DNA from: Candidatus Spongiisociaceae bacterium
Lineage (GTDB): Bacteria > Actinomycetota > Acidimicrobiia > Spongiisociales > Spongiisociaceae
Reading direction: 5' to 3'
Length of the DNA: 64,000 bases
NCBI GenBank assembly: GCA_965219685.1
Contig: CBDCOH010000002.1
Location: forward strand, 3,136,001 to 3,200,000
The notes below the pieces were generated by a model, which had not been told where the DNA came from, made no database searches, and saw nothing but the letters and a program-made list of their open reading frames with translations. Positions 40,098-50,417 of the stretch are shown here, one piece after another; the first letter of the stretch is position 1; every line of letters starts with the position of its first letter. The position numbers were made by a program, and so were the translations under genes.

Positions 40098-40660
40098 GGC
40101 GAGCGCGAACTGATGTGTTCGCCATCCGGGTAGGGGAGAGCGAAGACCCTCTCGCCGCTGACCGGACCGCGCGGCATGGGTTATTACCTTGACGTTTGGC
40201 CTGTTTTGTGCTCTACTTCCCGGGAACACGACGCGCTCATCCAGAGCGGTGGAGGGACAGGCCCTGCGAAGCCGCGGCAACCGTCACGAGCGGTGCCAAT
40301 GCCTGATCGATGAGTCTGCCGAAGCGGATTTCCGCTCGCGGCGCTCGAGGAGCGCGTAGCCGGCGAGAGGAGAACTGCCACATGGACGCCCTGCACATAC
40401 CCACCGCCCCGCAGCGCGAGGACATGTGTTGTCCCGGCTCCCGGGTGGCCCACCCGGGCGGGACCTCTCACCGCCCGTAGACAACGCCACCACCCGGGAG
40501 CGACTGGAGGCCGGCAGGCCGCGGCGTTTGATCGGATCGACCGGGAACCCTCTCGATGGAATCTCAGGGAGGATCCCACGGCCGGATGCCCATCTCCGGG
40601 ATGAAGATCAGATAACAGTCACGAAGACTCGAGCAACCAAGAGAACCAGAAGGAGAAACC

Positions 40661-41218
40661 ATGAGTAAAGGTGAGATCAACGGAGTGGACACGGACCACT
40701 TGCTGTTCGCGCGGGGCGTCGTCGGCGACACACCGGCGGCCGGCGACTACACGTGGCGGGCCTCCAACGAGTGGACCCGCGGAACGCATAGCAAGACGAC
40801 CATCGGCGGCTACTTCGGCCTCGGCGAGGAGCGCAACCACAAAGGGACCTACGAGTTCGAAGCCGACCATCCTCTGGAGTTCAACGCGGAGGACAACGCC
40901 GCCACCCCGGTCGAGATCGTGCTGGCCGGTCTGGCGAGTTGCCTGACGGCCGGCGTGGCGGCGGTGGCCGAGAACCGCGAGATCAAGCTGCGTTCGGTGA
41001 AGGCGACGCTCGAAGCCGACATGAACATCGGAGGCATCCTCGGATCGGATCCCGATGTCAGGAACGGGTTCAGCGACGTGCGCGTCAACTACGAGGTCGA
41101 CGCCGACGATACGAGCCAGGCGGACCTCGAAGCTCTGGTGGCCCAGTCGCAGAAGATCTCGGCCGTGTTCGACATCCTGACCAATCCCACCAACGTGACC
41201 GTCGGGGTCAGTTCGTAA
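40661..41218 (+). CDS. OsmC family protein
   Basis: ADHP...TPVEIVLAGLASCL...RNGFSDVRV...SAVFDILTNPT; AGGAG RBS. Confidence 0.85.
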   Translation: MSKGEINGVDTDHLLFARGVVGDTPAAGDYTWRASNEWTRGTHSKTTIGGYFGLGEERNHKGTYEFEADHPLEFNAEDNAATPVEIVLAGLASCLTAGVAAVAENREIKLRSVKATLEADMNIGGILGSDPDVRNGFSDVRVNYEVDADDTSQADLEALVAQSQKISAVFDILTNPTNVTVGVSS

Positions 41219-41228
41219 GAGGGACCTG

Positions 41229-42482
41229 GTGCGTACTACCACCGTCGTGATCGGGGCCGGGCACACTGGCCTGGCGGTCAGCTACCTCCTCTCCCGGCGC
41301 TCGATCGACCATGTGGTCCTCGAGCGCGGGGAGGTAGCCAACACGTGGCGGACGGAGCGCTGGGACTCCCTGCGCCTCCTGACCCCGAACTGGCAGACCA
41401 GATTGCCCGGCTTCGCCTACGACGGCGACGACCCGGACGGGTTCATGACCATGCCCGAGATCGTCGCCTTCATCGACAGGTACGCCCGGCTGGTGGACCC
41501 GCCCCTCCACACCCTCACCACTGTCACGTCCGTACGGCGAGACGGCGAGGAGTACGAGGTGGTGACCGACCGCGGCGTCTGGTCGTGCCGCTCGGTGGTG
41601 CTGGCCACCGGCGGGTTCAACCTGCCCAAGGTGCCGCCTATCGCCGCGGCGCTCCCGGCCTCGGTCGACTCGGTTACTCCCATCGACTACCGGCGCCCGT
41701 CGGACCTCCGGGAGGGGGGCGTGCTGGTAGTGGGCGTGTCGGCCACCGGAGTGCAACTCGCCGACGAGATCCACCGTTCGGGACGACCGGTGACGGTATC
41801 GGTGGGCGAGCATGTACGGATGCCCCGGGTCTACCGGGGGAAGGACATCCGGTACTGGTTCGAGGCCACCGGCCTCGCCGACGAGCGCTACGACGAGGTC
41901 GACGACGTCCTGAGGGCCCGGACGGTTCCCTCCCCGCAGTTGGTCGGAACGCCGCAGAGGTTGATGCTCGACCTCAATGCCCTGACCGACCAGGGTGTGC
42001 GGATGGTGGGCCGCCTGGCCGGGATCAGGGACGGGAAGGCGCAGTTGTCCGGGTCGCTCCACAACAAGTGCAACCGCTCGGACCTGAAGATGGGTCGGCT
42101 CCTTCTCACGATCGACGAGTGGATCACCGAGAACGGCCTGGACGGCGAGTTCGACCCGCCCCACCGCTTCGACCGGACCCGGGTCGAGAAGTTACCGCCC
42201 CTGGGTCTGGACCTGGCGAGCGGGGAGATCAAGACCGTGGTCTGGGCCACCGGCTACCGGGCGGACTACTCGTGGCTGCATCTGCCGGTCCTCGACTACA
42301 AGGGTCGCCTCCGCCACGACGGAGGGATCGTGACAGAGTCCCCGGGGTTGTACCGGATCGGGCTGAACTTCCTGCGGAGGCGCAAGTCGAGCTTCATCCA
42401 CGGCGCCGAGGACGACGCCCGCGACATAGTCGACCATCTGGCCGCCCACCTGTCGTCGCGCATCCCGGTTCGGACCGCCTAG
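41229..42482 (+). CDS. FAD-dependent oxidoreductase (flavin monooxygenase-like)
   Basis: VIGAGHTG, RWDSLRLLTPNW, VVLATG, VVWATGY. Confidence 0.88.
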   Translation: MRTTTVVIGAGHTGLAVSYLLSRRSIDHVVLERGEVANTWRTERWDSLRLLTPNWQTRLPGFAYDGDDPDGFMTMPEIVAFIDRYARLVDPPLHTLTTVTSVRRDGEEYEVVTDRGVWSCRSVVLATGGFNLPKVPPIAAALPASVDSVTPIDYRRPSDLREGGVLVVGVSATGVQLADEIHRSGRPVTVSVGEHVRMPRVYRGKDIRYWFEATGLADERYDEVDDVLRARTVPSPQLVGTPQRLMLDLNALTDQGVRMVGRLAGIRDGKAQLSGSLHNKCNRSDLKMGRLLLTIDEWITENGLDGEFDPPHRFDRTRVEKLPPLGLDLASGEIKTVVWATGYRADYSWLHLPVLDYKGRLRHDGGIVTESPGLYRIGLNFLRRRKSSFIHGAEDDARDIVDHLAAHLSSRIPVRTA

Positions 42483-42769
42483 CCAGCCGCTCACGCGAGG
42501 GGGTTGACCCTCCCGGGATCCTGTTGCGCACTGGTACTGGCCGTAATCACCACCGGTCCGCTCCGACGTCACGCGGGCCGTGGCAGGGATCATCACGTCC
42601 GGAGCGATCCTCTCAGGGTACGGAGGTACGCGCTCGGACCCTCGGAGGTGGCGGTGGGAAAGGGCCCTCGGAGGGGGTCAGCCCCCCCGTTTTGCGTTCT
42701 TCGGCAACGGTTCCGCTCGGTGACCAGCAGCCGGGCTTGACGTGTCGCTCTCTACCGAATAGGAGCTAT

Positions 42770-43259
42770 GCAAGCTCTTCATCTCTCCCGGCCACGCGGG
42801 TACTCGCGGATGGCAGCTTGGGTGCGTTCGCGCCGCACATGCCGTGAACGCCGGGGCCGGGGAGGTGTGGCCGCCGAGCATTGGTACACGCCGGGAATGC
42901 CCGTCCGGTACGGGTTGAGGAGTGGACCGGGCCGCCCGGCACAGGCGTATAGACCCACAGAGTGTGCCTGCCGGCCGGAGCTCTGCTCCTGTCGAACAGA
43001 CTCTGCTGCCCGACGAGCACGAAGGGTCGTTCGGGAACCCCGCCCGCCTCCACCGTCCGGGTAGCCTCCACTACTTCCGCGTACGTCCCTCTCAGGTGGA
43101 GCGGAATCCCGGAAGTGTGACCTCATCTGTGCGGGTTCCCCCGCCGACGGTGCTGCGTGCCTCGAGCACCGCCACTCTGTATCCGTGCTCCGCGAAGACC
43201 ACCGCCGCCGCCAGGCCGTTGGGTCCCGACCCGACAACCACGGCATCGTACGAGCCCAT
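42770..43259 (-). pseudogene. Internally deleted phytoene dehydrogenase-like FAD oxidoreductase
   Basis: [16 protein letters not shown]...[14 protein letters not shown]; then RPFVLVGQQSLFDRSRAPAGRHTLW, PYRTGIPGVYQCSAATPP and GVHGMCG in shifting frames. Confidence 0.8.
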
Positions 43260-43261
43260 CG

Positions 43262-44641
43262 TCAGTGGGCCGGACCCCCCTCCGCCCGCGACGGCTCCCC
43301 GGTCTCGGGCGCGGTACGCAGCACCAGGTAGCCGAGTACCCCGGCGATGATCGAGCCTAGGAAGATACCGATCTTGGACAGGTCGATGGTGAGGTGATCC
43401 GTGTAGGCCAACTCCGCGATGAACAGCGCCACCGTGAACCCGATGCCCGCCAGCATGGCGGTACCGGTCATATGCCGCCATCCGACACCGGAAGGAAGTC
43501 GACCCAACCCGAGTTTGACCACCAGCCAGCCGAATCCGGTGACCCCAACCGTCTTGCCCACCACCAGGCCGACGGCCACGCCCAGCGCGACGTCGGACGT
43601 GATGGCTTCGCCCAGGTCTATCCCGGCAAAAGACACGCCTGCATTTGCCAGGGCGAAGATGGGAACGATGACGAAAGCGCTCCAACCGTGTAGCAGGTGC
43701 TCGAGGCGGGAAAGCGGGGCGATGGACTCCCTGGCTACGTCGGACAGCAACCGGGCCTCGTACTCGACCTTCTCACGGAAGTACGGCTCGGGCGAGTCGG
43801 CCGGGAAGATCTCGACGATACGGCGAGCGGCCCGATCGAACTCCTTGGCGTCGTAGAGGGGTCGGGACGGGGTGATGAAACCGAGTATGACCCCGGCGAT
43901 GGTGGCATGGACACCCGACTCGAGGAAGCCGAACCAGGCGATCAGCCCCATCGGCACATAGAACATGTACGAGCGGATGTTGACCCGCGCGCCGATGGCG
44001 ATCAGGCCGAGCGTGCCGATCCCCAGCCCCAGGTAACCCAAGCTGAGATCAGAGGTGTAGAAGATGGCGATGACGGCGATGGCCCCGATGTCGTCGGCGA
44101 CGGCCACCGCTAGCAGGAATAGGCGAACGCCCACCGGTGCCCGGGAACCGACCAGCGCCAGGACACCGAGTGAAAAGGCAATGTCCGTCGCCATCGGCAC
44201 TCCCCACCCGCGGAGGGCGGCTGCATCGCCGGCATTGAACGCCACGTAGATCAGGGCCGGGACGACCATTCCGCCCAGAGCGGCGAACACCGGGAGGGCG
44301 GCCTTGCGCGGGTCCCGGAGCTCCCCCAGCACCAGTTCCCTCTTGATCTCGAGTCCTACCACCAGGAAGAAGATCGTCATCAACCCGTCGTTGACCAGGT
44401 GTTTCAGGTCCTCCTGCAAGTGGACCGGGCCGAGAGACAGATCCAGGTGGAGGTCGTGCCAGAAGGTGTGGTAGGAATCCCCGAAAACCGAGAGGTTGGC
44501 CCAGAGCATTGCGATCACCGCGGCTATCACCAGAACGATCCCCGAGGCGGCGGACCGATGGGTCAGTTCCAAGGCCGGGCGGACGAACTTGCTCGGTATG
44601 AACCGGTCGGAGGAAATCCAGTTCTTCTTTTCGGATGTCAC
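43262..44641 (-). CDS. nhaA: Na+/H+ antiporter NhaA
   Basis: [63 protein letters not shown]. Confidence 0.95.
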   Translation of the reverse strand: MTSEKKNWISSDRFIPSKFVRPALELTHRSAASGIVLVIAAVIAMLWANLSVFGDSYHTFWHDLHLDLSLGPVHLQEDLKHLVNDGLMTIFFLVVGLEIKRELVLGELRDPRKAALPVFAALGGMVVPALIYVAFNAGDAAALRGWGVPMATDIAFSLGVLALVGSRAPVGVRLFLLAVAVADDIGAIAVIAIFYTSDLSLGYLGLGIGTLGLIAIGARVNIRSYMFYVPMGLIAWFGFLESGVHATIAGVILGFITPSRPLYDAKEFDRAARRIVEIFPADSPEPYFREKVEYEARLLSDVARESIAPLSRLEHLLHGWSAFVIVPIFALANAGVSFAGIDLGEAITSDVALGVAVGLVVGKTVGVTGFGWLVVKLGLGRLPSGVGWRHMTGTAMLAGIGFTVALFIAELAYTDHLTIDLSKIGIFLGSIIAGVLGYLVLRTAPETGEPSRAEGGPAH

Positions 44642-44734
44642 AGCCCGGCGAGACTAGCAAGCCCAGGATTACGACCGGCGAACCGGCGGTTTTCCGACTC
44701 TCTGTTGCAACCAGATCTGGTTAGCGTCCTCGAC

Positions 44735-45151
44735 ATGGCCGGACTGGTTAGGAATAGGGCTCTGCGGGTCTTGTTGATGGGACTCGGCCTGATCTTTGTG
44801 GGGATCGGGTTCGTGGGTGCCTTCGTTCCTCTCATCCCGACGACAGGACCAGTCCTGCTGGCCGCTTTCCTGTTCTCGATCTCGTCAGAGCGCTTCGATC
44901 AGTGGTTGACGAACCACCGCATATTCGGTCCGGTCGTGCGGGACTGGCGAGCCGGACGAGGATTCACTATGCGTCTCAAGATGATCGCCGTGGTAGCCAT
45001 TGCAGTCACGTTCACCATCACAGTCGGCTTCGCGATCGACAGCACGGTGGTCCGGGTCCTGCTGATCGGGTTGGCGGTCGGCCTAGTCGTCTACATACTG
45101 CAGTTGCCCACCAAGCACCCCGAGTCCGCAGTTGTAGCCGGTGATCAGTAG
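44735..45151 (+). CDS. YbaN (DUF454) family membrane protein
   Basis: GIGFVGAFVPLIPTTGPVLLAA...SSERFDQWLTNHRIFGP. Confidence 0.88.
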   Translation: MAGLVRNRALRVLLMGLGLIFVGIGFVGAFVPLIPTTGPVLLAAFLFSISSERFDQWLTNHRIFGPVVRDWRAGRGFTMRLKMIAVVAIAVTFTITVGFAIDSTVVRVLLIGLAVGLVVYILQLPTKHPESAVVAGDQ

Positions 45152-45206
45152 CCGGTTGCCGGTTGCCAGTTGCCAGTTGCCAGTTGCCAGTTGCCAGTTG
45201 CCAGTT
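45151..45206. repeat. Heptamer array (GCCRGTT)x8
   Basis: Counted directly; starts at the ybaN-like gene stop codon. Confidence 0.95.
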
Positions 45207-45280
45207 GCGCCGGTGAACGGCTACCAGACCGGGGCCGTTGCGGCCCAGGCCCAACTCGTCAAGCGACTACCCTAAACAGT

Positions 45281-45329
45281 CACTCACCACTCACCACTCA
45301 CCACTCACCACTCACCACTCACCACTCAC
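45281..45329. repeat. Heptamer array (CACTCAC)x7
   Basis: Counted directly; abuts the stop codon of the convergent permease gene. Confidence 0.95.
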
Positions 45330-47971
45330 TAAAAGTGAGCTATCGCCTCGATCACGTTGAGCTTGGCAGCGCGCCGGGCCGGGAAAACCGCGAATACGAC
45401 TCCTAGTACGCCGGTAGCCACCAACCAGAACACCAGGCTCCCGAGAATCCCGCCAACGGTGGCGGAACTCGGCAACCAGGGAATCACGAAGTTCGAGAAC
45501 CCGAGATCCGCCAGAGCTCTGATAAGGGCCCAGCCGAAGAATATCCCGAGGCCGATGCCCATGAGGGCGCCGAACACCGAGACGATCGACGCCTCGGATC
45601 GGACCATCCACCTGGTGGTCCGGCGATCCAGCCCCACGGCGCGGAGGAGCCCGATCTCGCGGGTCCGTTCGAACACCGAGAGGGCCATGGTGTTGGTCAC
45701 GCCCAGCATCCCGATGACCACCGCCAATGCCAGCAGGGCCAGAATGAAGTTGAGCAACCCGTTCAGCTGGGCCTCGGCCTCGCTCTGCAGGTCCTCGAAG
45801 GTCTGAACCGCTATGTTCGGATAGTCGGCGAGCAGAGGCTCGATGGCGGCTTTGAGTTCGTCGGCGCCGGCACCTTCGGCCGCCTTCACGTATACCTGAG
45901 CGTGTTGGTCTATCCCGTAGGCCGATATCCAGTCAGCAGCCGGAATGGCGATGATTCCGGCCCACGCGCGACCCTCGGCAATTCCAACCAGGGTGAAGGC
46001 ACGCCGACCGGTCTGTTCGAACTCGATGACCAACGAGTCGCCCAACACGTATCCGGCGTCCTCCGCGATGGCTGCGTCGATGATGAGCTCGCCAGGGCCC
46101 GGACGGAGCGTCCCCTGGAACGAGTCGGGCGGGATGAAGTCGGCGAGGTTGGGCTCGGCGCCGGTTATGAACGTCTCGAGGACGTCGGCCTGGGTTTCCC
46201 CGTCCGAGATCTCGGTCTCGGAGACGATCATTCCCCATCCCGCCTGGATCCGGGTCAGGTCCTCGACCCCATCCAGCTGTTCGACCCGATCCGCGATCTC
46301 GGATGTGAACCCTTGGGTCGGATCACCGAACTGCCCGCCCGGACGGACTATGACCTCCGCATCCACATCGTTGGCCAGCACGTCGTCGATTGTTCCACGA
46401 ATGGACCCGGTGAGGGTCGATGCCAGCGCGACCAGCGTGATGCTGATCATCACCGCGGCTGCGGTGGCCGCGGTCCGTCGGGGGCTTCGCATGGCGTTGC
46501 GCCTGGCCAGCTTGCCCGAAGTCCCCGTCAGACGCTCAAGGAGCATTCCGATCAGGTTGGTGACCGGTCGGGCAGCCAGCGGGCTGAGGACGAAGATGCC
46601 CAGGAAGATCACCGCAGTCCCGACCCCGACATACACGACGGGGCTCGGTCCTGAACCGGTGTCCCCGTACAACCCGAAGAAGAGCGCCGCCAGCCCGACA
46701 CCGGAGATCCCAGTGCCGAGGAGGGTGCGCCGGAGGATCCCGGCCTGTTGCGGGCCGGCGGCGTCCTCTCGGAGGGCGGCCATCACCGAGACCTTCGAAG
46801 CGCGCCGGGCAGGGACCACGGCGGCGACCAGGGTGATCCCCAGCCCCGCCGCCAGGCCGACCAGCACGGTGCGGGGTTTGATGTCCAGCGACGCCGTAGG
46901 CAGCTCGATGCCCACCGCGGGCAGTATCTGCTGGAGGCCGAAGGCGATCATCACGCCGAAGGCGATCCCGAGCACGGCTCCGAGGGTGCCGATGATCGCA
47001 GCCTCGAGCAGGACGATCACCCGAACCTGGCGCCCCGCGGCTCCCAGAGCCCGGAGCAGGGCCAGTTCCTTCGTTCGCTGGCTCACCACGATCCTAAAGG
47101 TGTTGTAAATCAGGAATGAGCCGACGAACAGGGCGACCCAACCGAACACCGACAGGAAAATGGTGAAGAACGAGAGGGCGGCCTGGATGTCGGCGGCCTC
47201 CTCCTCGGCCGCGTCCTGGCCGGATACCACCGTGGCATGGTCGGGTAGCAGGGCCTCGATTCGGGCGATCACATCGTCCACCGGGGTTCCCGGAGTGACC
47301 TGCACCGATCCTCCCGACAGCTTGCCGGGACGCTGCAGGAGGGCTTGGGTGGTGGGAAGGTCGAAGAACACCCACTTGGTGCCTCCAAGACTGTCCTGCT
47401 CGCCGAACACGGCGACTCCGGCGAGCGTCAGTTCCAGCCGGCCCTCCAGATCGGAGATCACCGTCACCGGATCGCCGATCTCGAAGCCGCCCAGGTCCGC
47501 CGTGCCGCGGTCCAAGGCCACCTGGTCCTTCCCAGCGGGATAAGCCCCTTCGACGATAGTGAACTCGCCCGGGTTGTCGGAGGAGCCCGTTTCCGAGGGT
47601 TCCGAGAGGCTGGACACGAATGTGGGAGGCCCCGGACCGCCGGCGAGCATCTCCCCGTCCGTGTCCAGGATGGTCACTCCCAGGCCTGCCAGGAAAGGAA
47701 AGACCTCCTCGACCCCGTCGACACCCTCGATCAGCTCGAACTCCGACTCGTCGAGGTAGGTGCCCTCACCGAGGGAAAAGTCGGACTCGGTGCCGACCAC
47801 GATGTCGATCCCTCTATAGACATCGGCGAAGATCCCGTCGAAGGCCTTCCCGATGGTGTCGGTGTACACGTAGACACCGCTGATCAGACCGACCCCGAGG
47901 ATGATCGCCAGTCCGGTCAGGAGAAGACGGACCTTGTGGGCCCATACGCCTTTGAGGGAGACCCGGAGCAT
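45329..47971 (-). CDS. ABC transporter permease, double FtsX/MacB-type
   Basis: IYNTFRIVVSQRTKELALLRALGA and NTMALSVFERTREIGLLRAVG. Confidence 0.92.
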   Translation of the reverse strand: MLRVSLKGVWAHKVRLLLTGLAIILGVGLISGVYVYTDTIGKAFDGIFADVYRGIDIVVGTESDFSLGEGTYLDESEFELIEGVDGVEEVFPFLAGLGVTILDTDGEMLAGGPGPPTFVSSLSEPSETGSSDNPGEFTIVEGAYPAGKDQVALDRGTADLGGFEIGDPVTVISDLEGRLELTLAGVAVFGEQDSLGGTKWVFFDLPTTQALLQRPGKLSGGSVQVTPGTPVDDVIARIEALLPDHATVVSGQDAAEEEAADIQAALSFFTIFLSVFGWVALFVGSFLIYNTFRIVVSQRTKELALLRALGAAGRQVRVIVLLEAAIIGTLGAVLGIAFGVMIAFGLQQILPAVGIELPTASLDIKPRTVLVGLAAGLGITLVAAVVPARRASKVSVMAALREDAAGPQQAGILRRTLLGTGISGVGLAALFFGLYGDTGSGPSPVVYVGVGTAVIFLGIFVLSPLAARPVTNLIGMLLERLTGTSGKLARRNAMRSPRRTAATAAAVMISITLVALASTLTGSIRGTIDDVLANDVDAEVIVRPGGQFGDPTQGFTSEIADRVEQLDGVEDLTRIQAGWGMIVSETEISDGETQADVLETFITGAEPNLADFIPPDSFQGTLRPGPGELIIDAAIAEDAGYVLGDSLVIEFEQTGRRAFTLVGIAEGRAWAGIIAIPAADWISAYGIDQHAQVYVKAAEGAGADELKAAIEPLLADYPNIAVQTFEDLQSEAEAQLNGLLNFILALLALAVVIGMLGVTNTMALSVFERTREIGLLRAVGLDRRTTRWMVRSEASIVSVFGALMGIGLGIFFGWALIRALADLGFSNFVIPWLPSSATVGGILGSLVFWLVATGVLGVVFAVFPARRAAKLNVIEAIAHF

Positions 47972-48702
47972 CAGCGCTCCAGTTTCTTGATGCGGTCGAG
48001 CACGCGGTCGGGGGTCGGGTCAACCATGGTGTCAACCACCCGTCCGTCGGCCAGGAACACGATCCGGTCGGCGTAGCTGGCGGCCACCGGGTCGTGGGTC
48101 ACCATGACGATGGTCTGGCCATGATCTCTCACCGCGCTCTGGAGGAACTCGAGCAACTCGGCACTGGCGACCGAGTCGAGGTTTCCGGTCGGCTCATCGG
48201 CGAAAATAATGTCGGGTCGGGAGGCCATCGCCCGGGCCGCGGCTACGCGCTGCTGCTGGCCGCCCGAGAGTTCGGTGGGTCGGTGCGCCAGCCGCTCCGA
48301 CAGGTCGAGGGTCCCGACGACCTCCTCGAACCACGCGGGGTCCGCCTTGCGGCCGGCAAGGTCGAGGGGAAGGGTGATGTTCTCCCGAGCGGAAAGGGTG
48401 GGGACCAGGTTGAAGGCCTGGAATATGAACCCGATGCGCTCCCGCCGGAGCTTCGTGAGCTGCTTGTCGCTCATAGCCGAGAGGTCCTCGTCCCCGACGT
48501 AGACCGTGCCATTGGTCACTTCGTCGAGTCCGGCCATGCAATGCATCAGCGTCGACTTACCTGAGCCGGACGGCCCCATGACCGCCGTGAACCGCCCGCG
48601 GTCGAAGGACACGGTCAACTCGTCGAGGGCCTTGACCCTGGTGTCACCCCATCCGTACACCTTCGTGATGCCCTCAGCCCGGGCCGCGGCGTGGTTCATC
48701 AT
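47971..48702 (-). CDS. ABC transporter ATP-binding protein (LolD/MacB type)
   Basis: [33 protein letters not shown]. Confidence 0.94.
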   Translation of the reverse strand: MMNHAAARAEGITKVYGWGDTRVKALDELTVSFDRGRFTAVMGPSGSGKSTLMHCMAGLDEVTNGTVYVGDEDLSAMSDKQLTKLRRERIGFIFQAFNLVPTLSARENITLPLDLAGRKADPAWFEEVVGTLDLSERLAHRPTELSGGQQQRVAAARAMASRPDIIFADEPTGNLDSVASAELLEFLQSAVRDHGQTIVMVTHDPVAASYADRIVFLADGRVVDTMVDPTPDRVLDRIKKLER

Positions 48703-49005
48703 GGAGGTTCCTTTCGGGGAGTCACTACGTCGACCGGCGCATCCGAACGAACTGGTCCCGGTACAGCCTTCACTGTCCCTCATGGCGGGCAGCATGTCTA
48801 TGGGGGATCACCCTGCCAGACCCCTGACCACATCCCGGGGATGCGGGGAGACCCCGACCTGACCATAATCATCCGCCATTGCTAAGCAACACCGCCGAGA
48901 GCGACCGGCGGGACAACCCGCCGCGGCGCCCGACGGATGGAGGCCGAGCCTTGCCCGATCCAGAGGGTTCTCGCCTGCGGCTGGATGGTTATCCTGCCCG
49001 TCACG

Positions 49006-49665
49006 ATGCGCCTGGTGATCGCAAGCTGTTCCGTTGACTATCGAGGCCGTCTCACCGCGCACCTCCCGGCTGCCACCCGTCTCATCATGGTCAAGGCGGA
49101 CGGGTGCGTGGCGATCCACGCCGACGGCGGCGCCTACAAACCGCTCAACTGGATGAATGCCCCCAACACGCTGGTGGAGGATGATGGCCGCTGGCTTGTG
49201 ACCAACCCGAAGGGCGAGCAGCTTGACATCCGTATCGACGAGATCATCTCCGACACCCGGTACGAACTGGGAGTCGATCCCGGTCTGGAGAAGGACGGCG
49301 TGGAGTCGCACCTGCAGGAATTGCTAGCCGCCAAACCGCGCGTCCTCGAGGAGGGACTCGAGTTGGTCCGCAGGGAGTACCCCACCGACATCGGGCCCGT
49401 GGACCTCCTGTGCCGCTCACCGGACGGGGACACGGTGGCGGTGGAGGTCAAGCGGAAAGGCGAGCTCGACGGGGTGGAGCAACTGACGCGCTACCTCGAT
49501 CGGCTGGGGAACGATTCCCGCCTCCATCCCCTGCGCGGGATCCTGGCCGCGGTGGCCATCACCCCGCAGGCAAGGGTGCTGGCGGGTGCCCGGGGAATCC
49601 GCTGTGTTGAGGTCGACTACGAGGAGTTGCGCGGTATCCCCTCCAACAATCTCCGGCTATTCTAG
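49006..49665 (+). CDS. nucS: Endonuclease NucS/EndoMS
   Basis: [59 protein letters not shown]. Confidence 0.95.
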   Translation: MRLVIASCSVDYRGRLTAHLPAATRLIMVKADGCVAIHADGGAYKPLNWMNAPNTLVEDDGRWLVTNPKGEQLDIRIDEIISDTRYELGVDPGLEKDGVESHLQELLAAKPRVLEEGLELVRREYPTDIGPVDLLCRSPDGDTVAVEVKRKGELDGVEQLTRYLDRLGNDSRLHPLRGILAAVAITPQARVLAGARGIRCVEVDYEELRGIPSNNLRLF

Positions 49666-49896
49666 TGGTTAGTTATTAGTTGTTAGTCTTTAGTTGGTGA
49701 TCGGTGGTTAGCGTTAGATCGGGTCTCTTCCCGGGCTTGCCGCCGCTGCTCGGGTTCGCGGCCGCCCCGGTGGGGGCTTTCGCAAGGTAGAAGAAGACGG
49801 GATTCGAGGCAAGCGACAGATGCACACGAGTAACAGATGTGTTGTACATCGTTGTGTACCAATAGTACAGCGCAGCCGCTCCCGGTCGATCCCTTG
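49663..49896 (-). repeat. Dispersed intergenic element, copy B, with degenerate heptamer tail
   Basis: Reverse complement homologous to 29212-29446; tail TAG TGGTTAG TTATTAG TTGTTAG TCTTTAG begins at the nucS stop. Confidence 0.8.
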
Positions 49897-49920
49897 CAAC
49901 AACCCCTCTAGGAGGGCGCC

Positions 49921-50385
49921 ATGTTCCAGGTAGTCCTGTATCGCCCTGAGATACCTCCCAACACCGGCAACGTCATCCGTCTGTGCGCCAACACGGGGAC
50001 GGCCCTCCACCTGGTCCGCCCTCTCGGGTTCTCGATGGACGACGCCCGGCTGCGCAGGGCCGGCCTCGACTACCGGGAGTACGCCGACGTCGAGGAACAC
50101 TCCAGCTTCGGCGCGTATCTGGAGGCTGGGCTACCTGACCGGCTCTTCGCGTTGTCGGGTTCGGGATCGAGGTGGTACGCGGACCGGAGCTTCCGGCGCG
50201 GGGACGCGTTCCTGTTCGGACCGGAGAGCGAGGGTCTGGACGATCACCTGCTCGACCATCGGGCCGTGACCGACGTCCTCCGCATACCGATGCTCCCCGA
50301 GCGCCGGAGCCTCAACCTGGCGAACTCGGTGGCCATCGTCCTGTTCGAGGCTTGGCGCCAACTCGGCTTCCCAGACGGGGTGTGA
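49921..50385 (+). CDS. trmL: tRNA (cytidine/uridine-34-2'-O)-methyltransferase
   Basis: PEIPPNTGNVIRLCANTG, LRRAGLDY, FGPESEGL, RSLNLANS. Confidence 0.93.
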   Translation: MFQVVLYRPEIPPNTGNVIRLCANTGTALHLVRPLGFSMDDARLRRAGLDYREYADVEEHSSFGAYLEAGLPDRLFALSGSGSRWYADRSFRRGDAFLFGPESEGLDDHLLDHRAVTDVLRIPMLPERRSLNLANSVAIVLFEAWRQLGFPDGV

Positions 50386-50417
50386 GAGGACGGGTCCCTC
50401 CGCCCGCTCCGGGCTGT

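Noticed and set aside
40340-40385. Peptide LLSPATRSS appears in shadow ORFs here and at ~56085-56118
   Set aside because: Similarity does not extend on either side and neither ORF is credible; treated as chance
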